A stretch of DNA of 64,000 nucleotides from Alcanivoracaceae bacterium. Its GTDB lineage: Bacteria > Pseudomonadota > Gammaproteobacteria > Pseudomonadales > Alcanivoracaceae. Numbering within the stretch: the first letter of the stretch is position 1; the number at the start of each line of letters is the position of its first letter. The DNA is taken from assembly GCA_046292765.1 (NCBI GenBank), contig JBKBQA010000009.1:7061-71060 (forward strand). Reading direction: 5' to 3'. A program made the position numbers and the translations under genes. Of this stretch, positions 40,662 through 50,605 are shown in pieces. Under the pieces are notes generated by a model. The model was not told the DNA's origin and did no database searches. It saw only the letters and a program-made list of their open reading frames with translations.

Positions 40662-42425
40662 CGCGGCCATATAGGCGCGCCAGCCACCGAATGCCGTAAT
40701 GTCCTCGGCACCTTGTACTCCGCCCTGCTCACAGATAAATCCCGTCACCTCGCGCCCATCCTCCAGCAGCACCTTGCCAATCCCGAGTGGAGAGGGAATG
40801 CCGGCAACAAAGCTGCCGAGCTGCGCTTCGGGCAGAGACCAAACCTCGACCTCGATTGCTGCACCACCCGCATCACGCACCATTGCCGGACGAAAAGGCG
40901 GACCACCGGGCAAGGCATAAAGGCGGTAACAGGGCGCACTGCGCGTGGCAGTCACCAGCCAGCCGAACCGGGAAACAAGTTGATGATTGAGCGGCATGCC
41001 GGAAAGGTGGGCGCCACACACCGCCACTTCCACTCGTGCTGGCAACGAAAGCGGAGCCTGTGGACGCAACCGATGCCCGCAGGCACCGAGGGGCTGATCA
41101 AGCGCCAGCAGCCAGCGTTGCGCTAACGCCAGCAATGCCTCGTCGGTAAATGCTGGCGCCGCCAGCGTAACGCCAAACGGCAGGCCTGCGGATGTCATGC
41201 CGGCAGGCACCGCCAGCGCACACATATCCAGCAAATTCATAAAATTGGTGTAATAGCCCAGCTCACTGTTGCGCTCAATCGGTGCAGTCATGACCTCCTG
41301 AATGCGAAAGTGGCGGCCCGCCGTCGGTGTCAGCAGCAGGTCAAACTCCGCGAGCACGGCGCGAGCCTGTGCCCGCAACGCCATCAGCCGATACTCATGA
41401 CGAAAATAATCCGCAGCCAGCGGCTCGCCACCCGTTCCAATAATATCGCGGATCACCGGCAGCACCGTCTCCGGTGCATCACGCAGCGTTGCTTCAGCGG
41501 TGAGCCAGCGCTCCGTCACCCAGGGCCCTTGATAGAGCAGCGCCGCCGCCTCGATAAATGGGGAGAAATCCACTTCCGTCACACTGGCGCCGAGTGACTT
41601 CCAGCGCGCCAGCGCACTGGCAAACAGCTGTGGATACTCGGCATCGCCAAAAAAAGCCAGTTGGCTTTGCATGGGCACCGCAATACGGGGCTGGCGTATA
41701 TCAACCGTTCGCGGTACATCGGCACGGCTGTAGTCATCGTCCGCATCCTGTCCCTGCAGCAATGCACTGATGATGGCGGCATCCTGAGGATCAATCACAA
41801 ACAGTGACGGACAATCCAGCGTACGACAGGCCGGCACAATGCCGTGACAGGACCAGCGTCCCCGAGTCGGTTTGATACCAATAATATTGTTGAACGCCGC
41901 AGGCACCCGGCCGCTGCCTGCGGTATCGGTGCCGAGCGCAAAGGTGACCTCCCCCAGCGCCACCGCCACCGCCGAACCGGAGCTGGACCCACCGCTGATC
42001 ATGGCCGGATCAAAGGCATTGCGGGTAACACCATAGGGTGAACGGGTGCCGACCAGCCCGGTGGCAAACTGATCCATGTTGGTTTTACCCAGCGGAATGG
42101 CGCCAGCCTCGATCAGCGTGGCAACGATGGTGGCAGTATGCGATGGAGTGTAGGCAAAGCCCTTGCAGGCAGCGGTGGTTGGCACCCCGGCCAGATCAAT
42201 GTTGTCCTTGATCGCAAACGGGATACCAAACAGCGGCAGCGTGTCCGGCGAATGGCCATCAAGACGATCCAGTATCGGCTTCAATGCCCGATTATCGAGC
42301 ACCGTGATCCAACCATGGTGCTCGGCATGGGCCTTGATACGCAGCTGCAGTTGATCCACCAGTGCCCGCGGCGTCAAGGTACCCTGCCGATACAATTGAT
42401 GCAGGTCCGTAATCGACATCTTCAT
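40647..42425 (-). CDS. atzF: Allophanate hydrolase (amidase signature family)
   Basis: Start taken at MKMSITDL, 2 nt after the carboxylase stop. Amidase motif GGSSSGSAVAVA and a C-terminal allophanate-hydrolase extension. Confidence 0.9.
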   Translation of the reverse strand: MKMSITDLHQLYRQGTLTPRALVDQLQLRIKAHAEHHGWITVLDNRALKPILDRLDGHSPDTLPLFGIPFAIKDNIDLAGVPTTAACKGFAYTPSHTATIVATLIEAGAIPLGKTNMDQFATGLVGTRSPYGVTRNAFDPAMISGGSSSGSAVAVALGEVTFALGTDTAGSGRVPAAFNNIIGIKPTRGRWSCHGIVPACRTLDCPSLFVIDPQDAAIISALLQGQDADDDYSRADVPRTVDIRQPRIAVPMQSQLAFFGDAEYPQLFASALARWKSLGASVTEVDFSPFIEAAALLYQGPWVTERWLTAEATLRDAPETVLPVIRDIIGTGGEPLAADYFRHEYRLMALRAQARAVLAEFDLLLTPTAGRHFRIQEVMTAPIERNSELGYYTNFMNLLDMCALAVPAGMTSAGLPFGVTLAAPAFTDEALLALAQRWLLALDQPLGACGHRLRPQAPLSLPARVEVAVCGAHLSGMPLNHQLVSRFGWLVTATRSAPCYRLYALPGGPPFRPAMVRDAGGAAIEVEVWSLPEAQLGSFVAGIPSPLGIGKVLLEDGREVTGFICEQGGVQGAEDITAFGGWRAYMAAKKRA

Positions 42426-42427
42426 AC

Positions 42428-45400
42428 TCACTCCTCCCTGATTACCAGTAACACCTGTCCCGGTGCAAGGGGCGTGCCGGGTTCGCACAGTACCCGCACG
42501 ACTTCACCGCTGATATGACTGTGCACCGGAATTTCCATCTTCATCGACTCGATAATGGCGATGGTGTCACCTTGCGCCACCCGTTGACCGACGGCCACCG
42601 GCACCTGCCAGAGACTGCCTGGCACACTGCTGCTGACCGCATGCTCGTTGTCGCCGAGTTGCGTGTCTTCGACACTGGCGCCCACTTCTTCAATGCTGAC
42701 CACATCCTGACCGGCCGCCGCCCAGCGTTCGCGCTCGGCGTCAAAGGCAGCCTGCTGACGGGTCTTGAAAGTACTGATGCTGTCCTCCTCACGCGCCAGA
42801 AAGGCGTTGTACTCGCGCAAACTGAAGCGGCTGTCCTCGATCTTCAGTGACGCCCGGCCTCGGGGGAAATCCTCGCGCCACTGCATCAGCTCTTCGTGGG
42901 ACACCGGATAGAAACGCAGCTGGTCAAAAAAGCGCAGCAACCAGGGCGCGTCCTTGCTGAACTCGGCGGTTTGATGCCAGCTGTTCCACATCTGGATGGT
43001 GCGACCAACAAATTGGTAGCCACCTGGCCCCTCCATACCGTACACGCACAGGTAGGCGCCACCAATGCCGACCGCATTTTCCGGCGTCCAGGTTCGGGCA
43101 GGATTGTACTTGGTGGTGACCAGACGATGACGGGGATCCACCGGGGTCGCCACCGGCGCACCAAGATAGACATCCCCCAGCCCCATCACCATGTAGCTGG
43201 CCTGAAAAAAAATCTTCTTCACTGCCTCGATATCATTCAGACCATTGATGCGCCGGATAAACTCGAGATTGCTCGGACACCAGGGCGCATCCTTGCGCAC
43301 AGACTGCATATACTTTTCGATCGCCAGCCTGCACTGTTCGTCATCCCACGAAATCGGCAGGTGAACAATGCGCGATGGCACTTCCATGTCTTCGATGGCG
43401 GGCAGCGCGCCTTCCGCCTGCTGCAGAAGATCAAGCAATCTCGCCTGCGCCAAAGTCAGGTTGTCGTAGTTCACCTGCAACGAGCGTATGCCGGGGGTGA
43501 GCTGGACAATGCCGTCGATATCCGCCCGCTGCAGCCATTCCATCAAGGCATGGACACGAAAGCGCAGATTCAGATCGAGCATCTGTGGCCCGTACTCGAC
43601 CAGAATGTTGTCATCGCCGGAGGCGCGGTAAACCACCGCGACTTCACCGTCCGCACGGGAAGCCAGCACCGGTGAAGTACGACCAACGCAGATCTCCACC
43701 GGCTCAGGCTCGCTCAGCGCCGCGATGGACTCATGCTGCTGGCGCTCCAGTGCCTCGGCACTGGCCTGATCCACCGGCACAAAACGGATCCGGTCGCCGG
43801 CACGCAACTGGCCCAGCACCCACAGATCCGCCTTGATGATGGTGACCGGGCAGACAAAGCCCCCCAGGCTCGGGCCGTCCGGGCCAAGGATCACTGGCAT
43901 ATCACCGGTAAAATCCACCGCGCCAATAGCGTAAGCATTGTCGTGAATGTTGGACGGATGAAGGCCGGCCTCACCGCCATCACGACGCGCCCAGTCCGGC
44001 TTCGGACCAATCAGGCGGATGCCGGTGCGACTGGAGTTGTAATGCACCTCCCAGTCGGTGGCAAAGAAGGTGTCGATATCCTCTTCGGTGAAAAAATCCG
44101 GCGCGCCGTGCGGGCCATAGATCACCCGCAGGGTCCAGTGGTCGGTCAGCGTCGGCTTGAGGTTCTCCGCCAGATTTCCCGGCAAATCGGACGCCAGCAC
44201 AGATGATATTTCACCGGGATGCAGCACATCACCGGCCCGCAAGGCCCGACCTCCATGGCCGCCAAACTTGCCGAGGGTAAAGGTGCTGCGCGAACCGAGA
44301 TAGGCAGGCACATCGATGCCGCCGGCAACACAGAGATAGGTGCGACTGCCCGCCCCTTTAACCGTGGCAAAGTTTACCTCGGCACCGGCAGGAATCTGGT
44401 GCACCTGGCCGTTGGCCAGCGCCGCACCATTGCAGCGGGCCTGCATGTCAGCACCGGTGATGGCGATTCGGGTGGCATGACGAAAACGCAACCGGGCGCC
44501 GGTCAGGGTCATTTCCAGCCCGGCGGCCTGTTCATCATTGCCCAACAAGCGGTTTCCCAGTCGCAAACTCAGGGCATCGCAGGGACCAGAGGGCGGCACA
44601 CCCACATCCCAGTAGCCGACCCGACCGGGCCAGTCCTGCACCGTGGTCAGGGTGCCGCCATCCAGCACCTCAATGGCGCGGGACAGAAACGGAAAGTCAT
44701 TCAGAAAGGCAGTGGTCTGTTGACCATTCACAAAGCTATCGCTGACCACCACCTGACGCAGCCAGGCCAGATTGGTTTCGATACCACTTATACGGCTGTC
44801 ATTGACCACCTGACTAATGGCCGCAAGGGCGCGGCTACGGTCCCGCTCATGAACAATCAGCTTGGCCAGCATCGGATCATAAAATGCCGGCACCTCAAGC
44901 CCGGCCGTGGCCCAGGTATCCACGCGAATATGGTCGGGAAATTGCACCTCGGTCAGCAAGCCCGCCGCTGGCTGAAACTGTTTGCCCGGATCTTCGGCAT
45001 ACAATCGGACCTGAATCGCATGACCGGTCGGGCGATAAACGAAACCATCAAGGAAACTGCTGTCCCCGGCCGCAAGCCGCACCATCCATTCGACCAGATC
45101 CACACCACTGACCATCTCGGTAACCCCATGCTCCACCTGCAGCCGGGTGTTTACCTCGAGAAAATAGAATTTTTCGTCGGTATCGTCGTAGATAAACTCC
45201 ACGGTTCCAGCGTTACGGTAGCTTACCGCTTCGCCAAGCCGCACCGCGGTCGCACACATGGCCTGACGTACCGACTCGGGAAGATTCGGCGCCGGCGTTT
45301 CCTCCACAACCTTCTGGTTACGACGCTGCAGCGAGCAGTCACGCTCACCGAGACTGACCACCCGCCCCTCACCATCGCCGAAAATCTGCACCTCGATATG

Positions 45401-46024
45401 GCGGGCGCGCTCGACAAATTTTTCCAGAAACAGCCCGTCATTACTGAAGTTATTGCGGCTCAGACGCTGCACCGAGGAAAACGCATCACGCAGCTGGGCG
45501 GCGTCATAGCAGCGCTGCATGCCGATACCGCCTCCGCCGGCAGTGCTCTTCAGCATTACCGGAAAGCCAATCACAGCGGCGCGGGCAACAGCATCCTCGA
45601 CATCAATCAATAGCCCGGAACCGGGCAGCAATGGCACACCACTCTGCTGGGCCAACGCGCGCGCGGTATGCTTGAGGCCAAAAGCAGATATCTGCTCGGC
45701 CAGGGGGCCAATAAAGACAATCCCCGCCTGCTCACAGGCTGCAGCAAAGTCCAGGTTCTCACTGAGAAAGCCGTAGCCGGGATGAATCGCCCCGGCACCG
45801 CTTTGCCTCGCCGCAGCGATCACCTTGTCAAATGACAGGTAGGTGTCCACCGCCAGCGCCTCACCGAGGCAGATCGCCTCATCGGCCTGCTGCACATGGA
45901 GCGAACCGGCATCGGCGCGACTGTACACAGCCACCGATGCAACCCCCATTTTCTTCAGGGTACGCTGGATGCGGACGCTAATGGCGCCACGATTGGCAAT
46001 CAGCACTTTTCCGAACATGGTCAC
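42428..46024 (-). CDS. Urea carboxylase family enzyme; guanidine carboxylase by context
   Basis: 1198 aa. Biotin carboxylase N-terminus (KVLIANRGAISVRI), KipA/KipI-like carboxyltransferase region, and a biotinyl motif IIESMKMEIP. It lies in a guanidine-I riboswitch operon. Confidence 0.93.
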   Translation of the reverse strand: MTMFGKVLIANRGAISVRIQRTLKKMGVASVAVYSRADAGSLHVQQADEAICLGEALAVDTYLSFDKVIAAARQSGAGAIHPGYGFLSENLDFAAACEQAGIVFIGPLAEQISAFGLKHTARALAQQSGVPLLPGSGLLIDVEDAVARAAVIGFPVMLKSTAGGGGIGMQRCYDAAQLRDAFSSVQRLSRNNFSNDGLFLEKFVERARHIEVQIFGDGEGRVVSLGERDCSLQRRNQKVVEETPAPNLPESVRQAMCATAVRLGEAVSYRNAGTVEFIYDDTDEKFYFLEVNTRLQVEHGVTEMVSGVDLVEWMVRLAAGDSSFLDGFVYRPTGHAIQVRLYAEDPGKQFQPAAGLLTEVQFPDHIRVDTWATAGLEVPAFYDPMLAKLIVHERDRSRALAAISQVVNDSRISGIETNLAWLRQVVVSDSFVNGQQTTAFLNDFPFLSRAIEVLDGGTLTTVQDWPGRVGYWDVGVPPSGPCDALSLRLGNRLLGNDEQAAGLEMTLTGARLRFRHATRIAITGADMQARCNGAALANGQVHQIPAGAEVNFATVKGAGSRTYLCVAGGIDVPAYLGSRSTFTLGKFGGHGGRALRAGDVLHPGEISSVLASDLPGNLAENLKPTLTDHWTLRVIYGPHGAPDFFTEEDIDTFFATDWEVHYNSSRTGIRLIGPKPDWARRDGGEAGLHPSNIHDNAYAIGAVDFTGDMPVILGPDGPSLGGFVCPVTIIKADLWVLGQLRAGDRIRFVPVDQASAEALERQQHESIAALSEPEPVEICVGRTSPVLASRADGEVAVVYRASGDDNILVEYGPQMLDLNLRFRVHALMEWLQRADIDGIVQLTPGIRSLQVNYDNLTLAQARLLDLLQQAEGALPAIEDMEVPSRIVHLPISWDDEQCRLAIEKYMQSVRKDAPWCPSNLEFIRRINGLNDIEAVKKIFFQASYMVMGLGDVYLGAPVATPVDPRHRLVTTKYNPARTWTPENAVGIGGAYLCVYGMEGPGGYQFVGRTIQMWNSWHQTAEFSKDAPWLLRFFDQLRFYPVSHEELMQWREDFPRGRASLKIEDSRFSLREYNAFLAREEDSISTFKTRQQAAFDAERERWAAAGQDVVSIEEVGASVEDTQLGDNEHAVSSSVPGSLWQVPVAVGQRVAQGDTIAIIESMKMEIPVHSHISGEVVRVLCEPGTPLAPGQVLLVIREE

Positions 46025-46094
46025 TTTCCTGTTCGCCGGCAGGCCGTCCCGCCGTTATTGTTCTGCTCGCCGGGTCGTCCCGGGAGTATTCGCG

Positions 46095-46732
<638 letters not shown>

Positions 46733-46733
<1 letters not shown>

Positions 46734-47473
46734 CAGCAGTGCCCTCCACGGTGATGGCAACTACCATGGTGGTAGTGGAGGTTATTGAGGAAGCCGCGCC
46801 GGTTTTCATCGCAGCTGTCACGGCAAGGATCGCTATCGCCCAGTGGCGCGGCTTGGTACAGCTGATACCGCACTCGGCGTGCCGGCCACTCGGGGGCAAA
46901 ATTGAGCGGATGCGGGCAGGTGTGGAGCACTACCAGCGTGTCCATCTCGAAGCGAAGGTCAATATGGGCACCCGCCGCAGCCGGTTCCACCAAGGTCAAA
47001 TTGCCATCCGTGTCGGCCAAGACCTTGCTGAACAGATTCAGGTTGGCAACGATGTCTCGTCGGCCAAGACCATGTTTGGCCAGCTCGATCAGAAAGCTGT
47101 CACGGCCGTTGCGATGCATGGCATTGCGCGCCTCCTGATAGTTCTTGCTGCCCCAGCGCGACGCCACCAGCTCCGCATCGCAGGTGCCGCAGACAGCATC
47201 ATGCCAGCCGGCAGTATCTTCAATGATAGAGCACAACACCCGGCCCATATCCGTGTAGATGCAGTGCCCAGTGGTGAGGCGGAAGGTGTGCTGACATTTC
47301 AGCGTATCGGGGATGTTAATACGCTCCAGCAACTGCTCCGGGTTGTACATCAGCATGCCGACGTTGGCACCGCCCTCCTCATCAATCAGACGCAACACCT
47401 GACCGCGCGCGATACGAAATGACCAGTGGCAACCGCCGGGGATCACGTCTTCATCAAGCAAATCGCTGTTCAT
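46733..47473 (-). CDS. Urea-carboxylase-associated DUF1989 protein (first copy); candidate carboxyguanidine deiminase subunit
   Basis: 246 aa, with an ATGA overlap with the ABC ATPase stop. Family recognised from the conserved two-gene block preceding urea carboxylase. Confidence 0.85.
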
Positions 47474-48264
47474 TGGTGTGCTCCTGCCAGCAAATGGCGC
47501 GTTTGCGCCACCTCGTTGGCGATAGTGTCCCGGGTCGACTTGTCGGCCTGCTTCAGCGGCAGATCGTAGGTGATGGTGGCGCCATAGGCATTCGGGGCCT
47601 GAACGTCACGACGTACCTTGTCGAACACCATCAGTCGAGTGCCGAGTGAGAAACCTTCCTTGATGTCGTGGGTCACCATAAACACGGTGACACCCGTTTC
47701 TCGCCACAAACGCAGCACCAGCTCATGCATATCGGCACGAATACCTGGATCAAGCGCACCAAAGGGTTCGTCCAGCAGCAGGATGCGCGGCTTCATGATC
47801 AGCGCCTGGGCAATCGCCAGGCGCTGCTGCATGCCGCCGGACAGCTCAGATGGATAGCGCTTCAGCGCATGGCTCAGGCCCACGGCATTGAGCAGTGTCT
47901 CCGCCTCTAAGCGGATCGCAGCACGACGGGCGCCGAAAGCGCGACCAAGCACCCCGCCCAGCTTCAGCTCCGGGCCGAGCATGACATTGGCCAGCACGGT
48001 CAGATGCGGCATCACCGAGTAGCGCTGGAACACCACACCGCGATCCTCTCCGGGTTCAGCCGGCAGCGGATTGCCGTCCATCAGTATCTCGCCCTTACTG
48101 GGTTTTTCTTCGCCCAGCAACATGCGCAGGAAGGTGGTTTTACCACAACCGGAGGTGCCCACCAGCGTGCAAAATTCACCGGCGTTGACACTGAAGTTGA
48201 GCTTTTCCAGCACCACGGTGTCGCCATACTGTTTGCTCACCTGTTTCACTTCGATCAGCTTCAT
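47470..48264 (-). CDS. ABC transporter ATP-binding protein (nitrate/sulfonate/bicarbonate type)
   Basis: Walker A GTSGCGKTT, signature LSGGMQQR, Walker B LLLDEP. Confidence 0.9.
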   Translation of the reverse strand: MKLIEVKQVSKQYGDTVVLEKLNFSVNAGEFCTLVGTSGCGKTTFLRMLLGEEKPSKGEILMDGNPLPAEPGEDRGVVFQRYSVMPHLTVLANVMLGPELKLGGVLGRAFGARRAAIRLEAETLLNAVGLSHALKRYPSELSGGMQQRLAIAQALIMKPRILLLDEPFGALDPGIRADMHELVLRLWRETGVTVFMVTHDIKEGFSLGTRLMVFDKVRRDVQAPNAYGATITYDLPLKQADKSTRDTIANEVAQTRHLLAGAHQ

Positions 48265-49085
48265 GCTTCACCCTCCTGCTGGCGGTGAAACCAGGGGAAC
48301 ATCCGGCGGGAAAGCAGCCGCAGGCTGAGATCCATAAAGTAGGCCAACAAGGCAATCCAGAGCACATAGGGCAGAATCACATCCATGGCCAGATAACGGC
48401 GCACCAGGAAGATGCGATAGCCAAGCCCGTCGGTGGAGGCAATGGCTTCAGCTGCGATCAGGAACAGCCAGGCTGCGCCCAGCGACAACCGCAATGATGC
48501 CAACAAGCGCGGCAGTAGCTGCGGCAACACCACCCGAATCATCAGGTGCCAGCTGTTACCACCGAGGGTTTGCAGCTTGATGAACTGCTCGCGCGGCATA
48601 TCCAGCACCCGCTGGGCCATATCGCGAATCATTACCGGGGCCGTGCCGATCACGATCAGCACCACTTTGGATAGCTCCCCCAGACCGAAAACAATAAACA
48701 GGATCGGCAGTATCGCCATTGGTGGCACCATCGAAATCGCCGCCACCAATGGCCCCATCAGGGCGCGGAAAAACGGTAGTGTCCCGAGCAGGATGCCGAC
48801 CAGCAGTGCCAGCGATGCGGATACCGCCAACCCCTTCAGCAGCCGGTCGAGACTGGCGCGAGTGTCCATCCACAAGATGTACTCACCGCTACGCACATCC
48901 TCGGTAAAGGCAAGTCGATGGACGGAGTCCACCATGCTGTTTAACCCCGGCAGCAGTTTGTCGTTGGGGTTCTCGGCAAGACGCGTGTTGGAGGCGCTGA
49001 TATAGATCATCACCAGCAGCAGAAACGGCACCACAGCCAAGGCAAAGGCCAATGGGCGGGAGGGTTTCAGATTAATCAGCCTCAT
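48261..49085 (-). CDS. ABC transporter permease (same importer)
   Basis: 274 aa with six predicted TM segments. 4-bp overlap with the ATPase gene. Confidence 0.9.
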   Translation of the reverse strand: MRLINLKPSRPLAFALAVVPFLLLVMIYISASNTRLAENPNDKLLPGLNSMVDSVHRLAFTEDVRSGEYILWMDTRASLDRLLKGLAVSASLALLVGILLGTLPFFRALMGPLVAAISMVPPMAILPILFIVFGLGELSKVVLIVIGTAPVMIRDMAQRVLDMPREQFIKLQTLGGNSWHLMIRVVLPQLLPRLLASLRLSLGAAWLFLIAAEAIASTDGLGYRIFLVRRYLAMDVILPYVLWIALLAYFMDLSLRLLSRRMFPWFHRQQEGEA

Positions 49086-49147
49086 GCGTCGCGCTCCCGA
49101 TGGGCAGCGGCATTCAGGCCGAAATGGATGCGATACTTTTCGGGCAT
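49082..49147 (-). CDS. Candidate 21-codon leader ORF (MPEKYRIHFGLNAAAHRERDA) between riboswitch and permease
   Basis: ATG at 49147 is preceded by GGAGGAG with a 4-nt spacer. Its TGA overlaps the permease ATG (ATGA). Not in the track because it is under 60 aa. Confidence 0.3.
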   Translation of the reverse strand: MPEKYRIHFGLNAAAHRERDA

Positions 49148-49206
49148 GGTTCTCCTCCTGCAGCGCAAGCGCCGGTTACACGGATGACCGGAACGTCTCG
49201 GTGATG

Positions 49207-49302
49207 CTGGTCTCCCGGGCTTTTATCCCGCCGTGTAACCTCTCCGCAGGAAAGGCCGGCAACTCTCGGACCAGACATCGCGCCGCGACCGGAACCCTAG
49301 TT
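49207..49302 (-). promoter_or_regulatory. Guanidine-I riboswitch aptamer (ykkC motif)
   Basis: The minus-strand RNA reads CUAGGGUUCCGG...CUGGUCCGAGAG...ACACGGCGGGAUAAAAGCCCGGGAGA. These are the three conserved ykkC blocks, in the right order and spacing. Confidence 0.85.
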
Positions 49303-49356
49303 GCTCTGTGCATCACCCGGCAGGATTGCTCCGCGCCGCGTTTCCATTCAGGGAAT

Positions 49357-49372
49357 TGCAGAATCCGTGCCA
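49357..49372 (-). promoter_or_regulatory. Sigma-54 (RpoN) type -24/-12 promoter
   Basis: Minus strand TGGCACGGATTCTGCA versus consensus TGGCAC-N5-TTGCA. The GG and GC dinucleotides are correctly spaced. It lies about 55 nt upstream of the aptamer. Confidence 0.55.
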
Positions 49373-49459
49373 CCCACCCATGCCCGGATTCGCATCGATT
49401 TGCCCCACTGCCCGTGATACGCAACGCAATCTGCGCACCAAAGCAGGGCGCATGCCCCA

Positions 49460-50473
49460 TTAGCGGGCGAGCAAAGCCTGCAGCGCTTGCCACAGCTGGA
49501 TCATGGCCTCCGGCTCGCGCCCCGGCCCACCGGCGCAATGCCCCCAGTCGCTATGCAGCACCCGGAAATCCACCACGGGCATCTGCTCGGCGTCCTGCTG
49601 CGCCTCTTCCACAAGAAAGTACTGGTCCGTCGCCGAGGGCATCATCAGCACCGGCATCGTCAACCGGGACAGTGCCGCACCAGCGCCGGCGGCAAAACGG
49701 GTGTTATCGGCAATATCCGCCCGCGCCCACATATCCAGAACACACAGCAGATCATGGTGATTCATGGCCAGATGATCCTGCTCCCACCACGCCAGCAGCG
49801 CATCGATGCTGTCGAAACCGAGTCGCCGATAATCCTGCCGACGCAGAAACCCCGGACCGTAGGCGCGGCTGGCATAGACTCGGGCGAAAGCGCGCAGTCC
49901 CGCCTCCGGCGTGCCCCCCTGGGCGTAGCGCGCATCCGCCTCCAGCGCCGCCCGCAAGCCGATCAGGAACAAACGGTTATGGGGATAGCAGCGCACCCCG
50001 GAACACCAGGCCGCAAGCCGTTTCACCTGATTCGGATAAAGGGCGCCCCACTGCAAGCTCTGCATCCCCCCCAGCGACCAGCCGGCCACCAGCGCCAGTG
50101 ATACCTCGCCCCACAACAGCGCCAGCATGCGACGCTGGGCTTCCACCTGATCGGCCAGATGCAACGCCGGAAAGTGCGCGCCGCGCTGATCCGGATGGGC
50201 ATTGGACGGCGAGGTGGATTCTCCCCCACCGAGCATGGCGGGAATAATCAGACACCAGCGCGGGTCTGCCAGCGGACTGTCGTCATCCGCCAGCGGCCGA
50301 TTGCCTGCCATTGCACCACCGTAATACGTCGGCAGCAGCACGATGTTGTCTTTTGGTGCATTCGGCTGCCCCCTTTGCAGGTAGCAAAGCGTGACATCCC
50401 GCAGAATCTCGCCGCTTTGCAGGGCCAAATCCCCCAGCCCGATTTTGTTTTCAACCCATTGTTCAGAATACAT
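49460..50473 (-). CDS. Alpha/beta hydrolase of the homoserine O-acetyltransferase (MetX-like) family
   Basis: 337 aa. Nucleophile elbow GWSLGGMQSLQWG and a C-terminal His region SDWGHCAG. Confidence 0.8.
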   Translation of the reverse strand: MYSEQWVENKIGLGDLALQSGEILRDVTLCYLQRGQPNAPKDNIVLLPTYYGGAMAGNRPLADDDSPLADPRWCLIIPAMLGGGESTSPSNAHPDQRGAHFPALHLADQVEAQRRMLALLWGEVSLALVAGWSLGGMQSLQWGALYPNQVKRLAAWCSGVRCYPHNRLFLIGLRAALEADARYAQGGTPEAGLRAFARVYASRAYGPGFLRRQDYRRLGFDSIDALLAWWEQDHLAMNHHDLLCVLDMWARADIADNTRFAAGAGAALSRLTMPVLMMPSATDQYFLVEEAQQDAEQMPVVDFRVLHSDWGHCAGGPGREPEAMIQLWQALQALLAR

Positions 50474-50605
50474 TTTTAATCTCCTCGCGCACCCTGTGGC
50501 AAAGCCCCCTTTTGCACTTATACATACACACTGGCATGTATATTGAATGAAAGTTTCGTGCCAGCGGCAAACCCGCTTTCATTCAACACTCCGGAGAAAC
50601 TGATC

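Noticed and set aside
49418-49441. NtrC-like dyad GCGCC-N7-GGTGC upstream of the sigma-54 promoter
   Set aside because: The half-sites are imperfect and the spacing (N7) does not fit the TGCACCA-N3-TGGTGCA consensus. It is not strong enough to call an enhancer site.
49084-50247. 387-aa plus-strand ORF spanning the riboswitch region and the MetX-like gene
   Set aside because: It is extremely Pro/Arg/Ala-rich and antisense to a motif-bearing hydrolase gene and to the riboswitch, so it is not credible.
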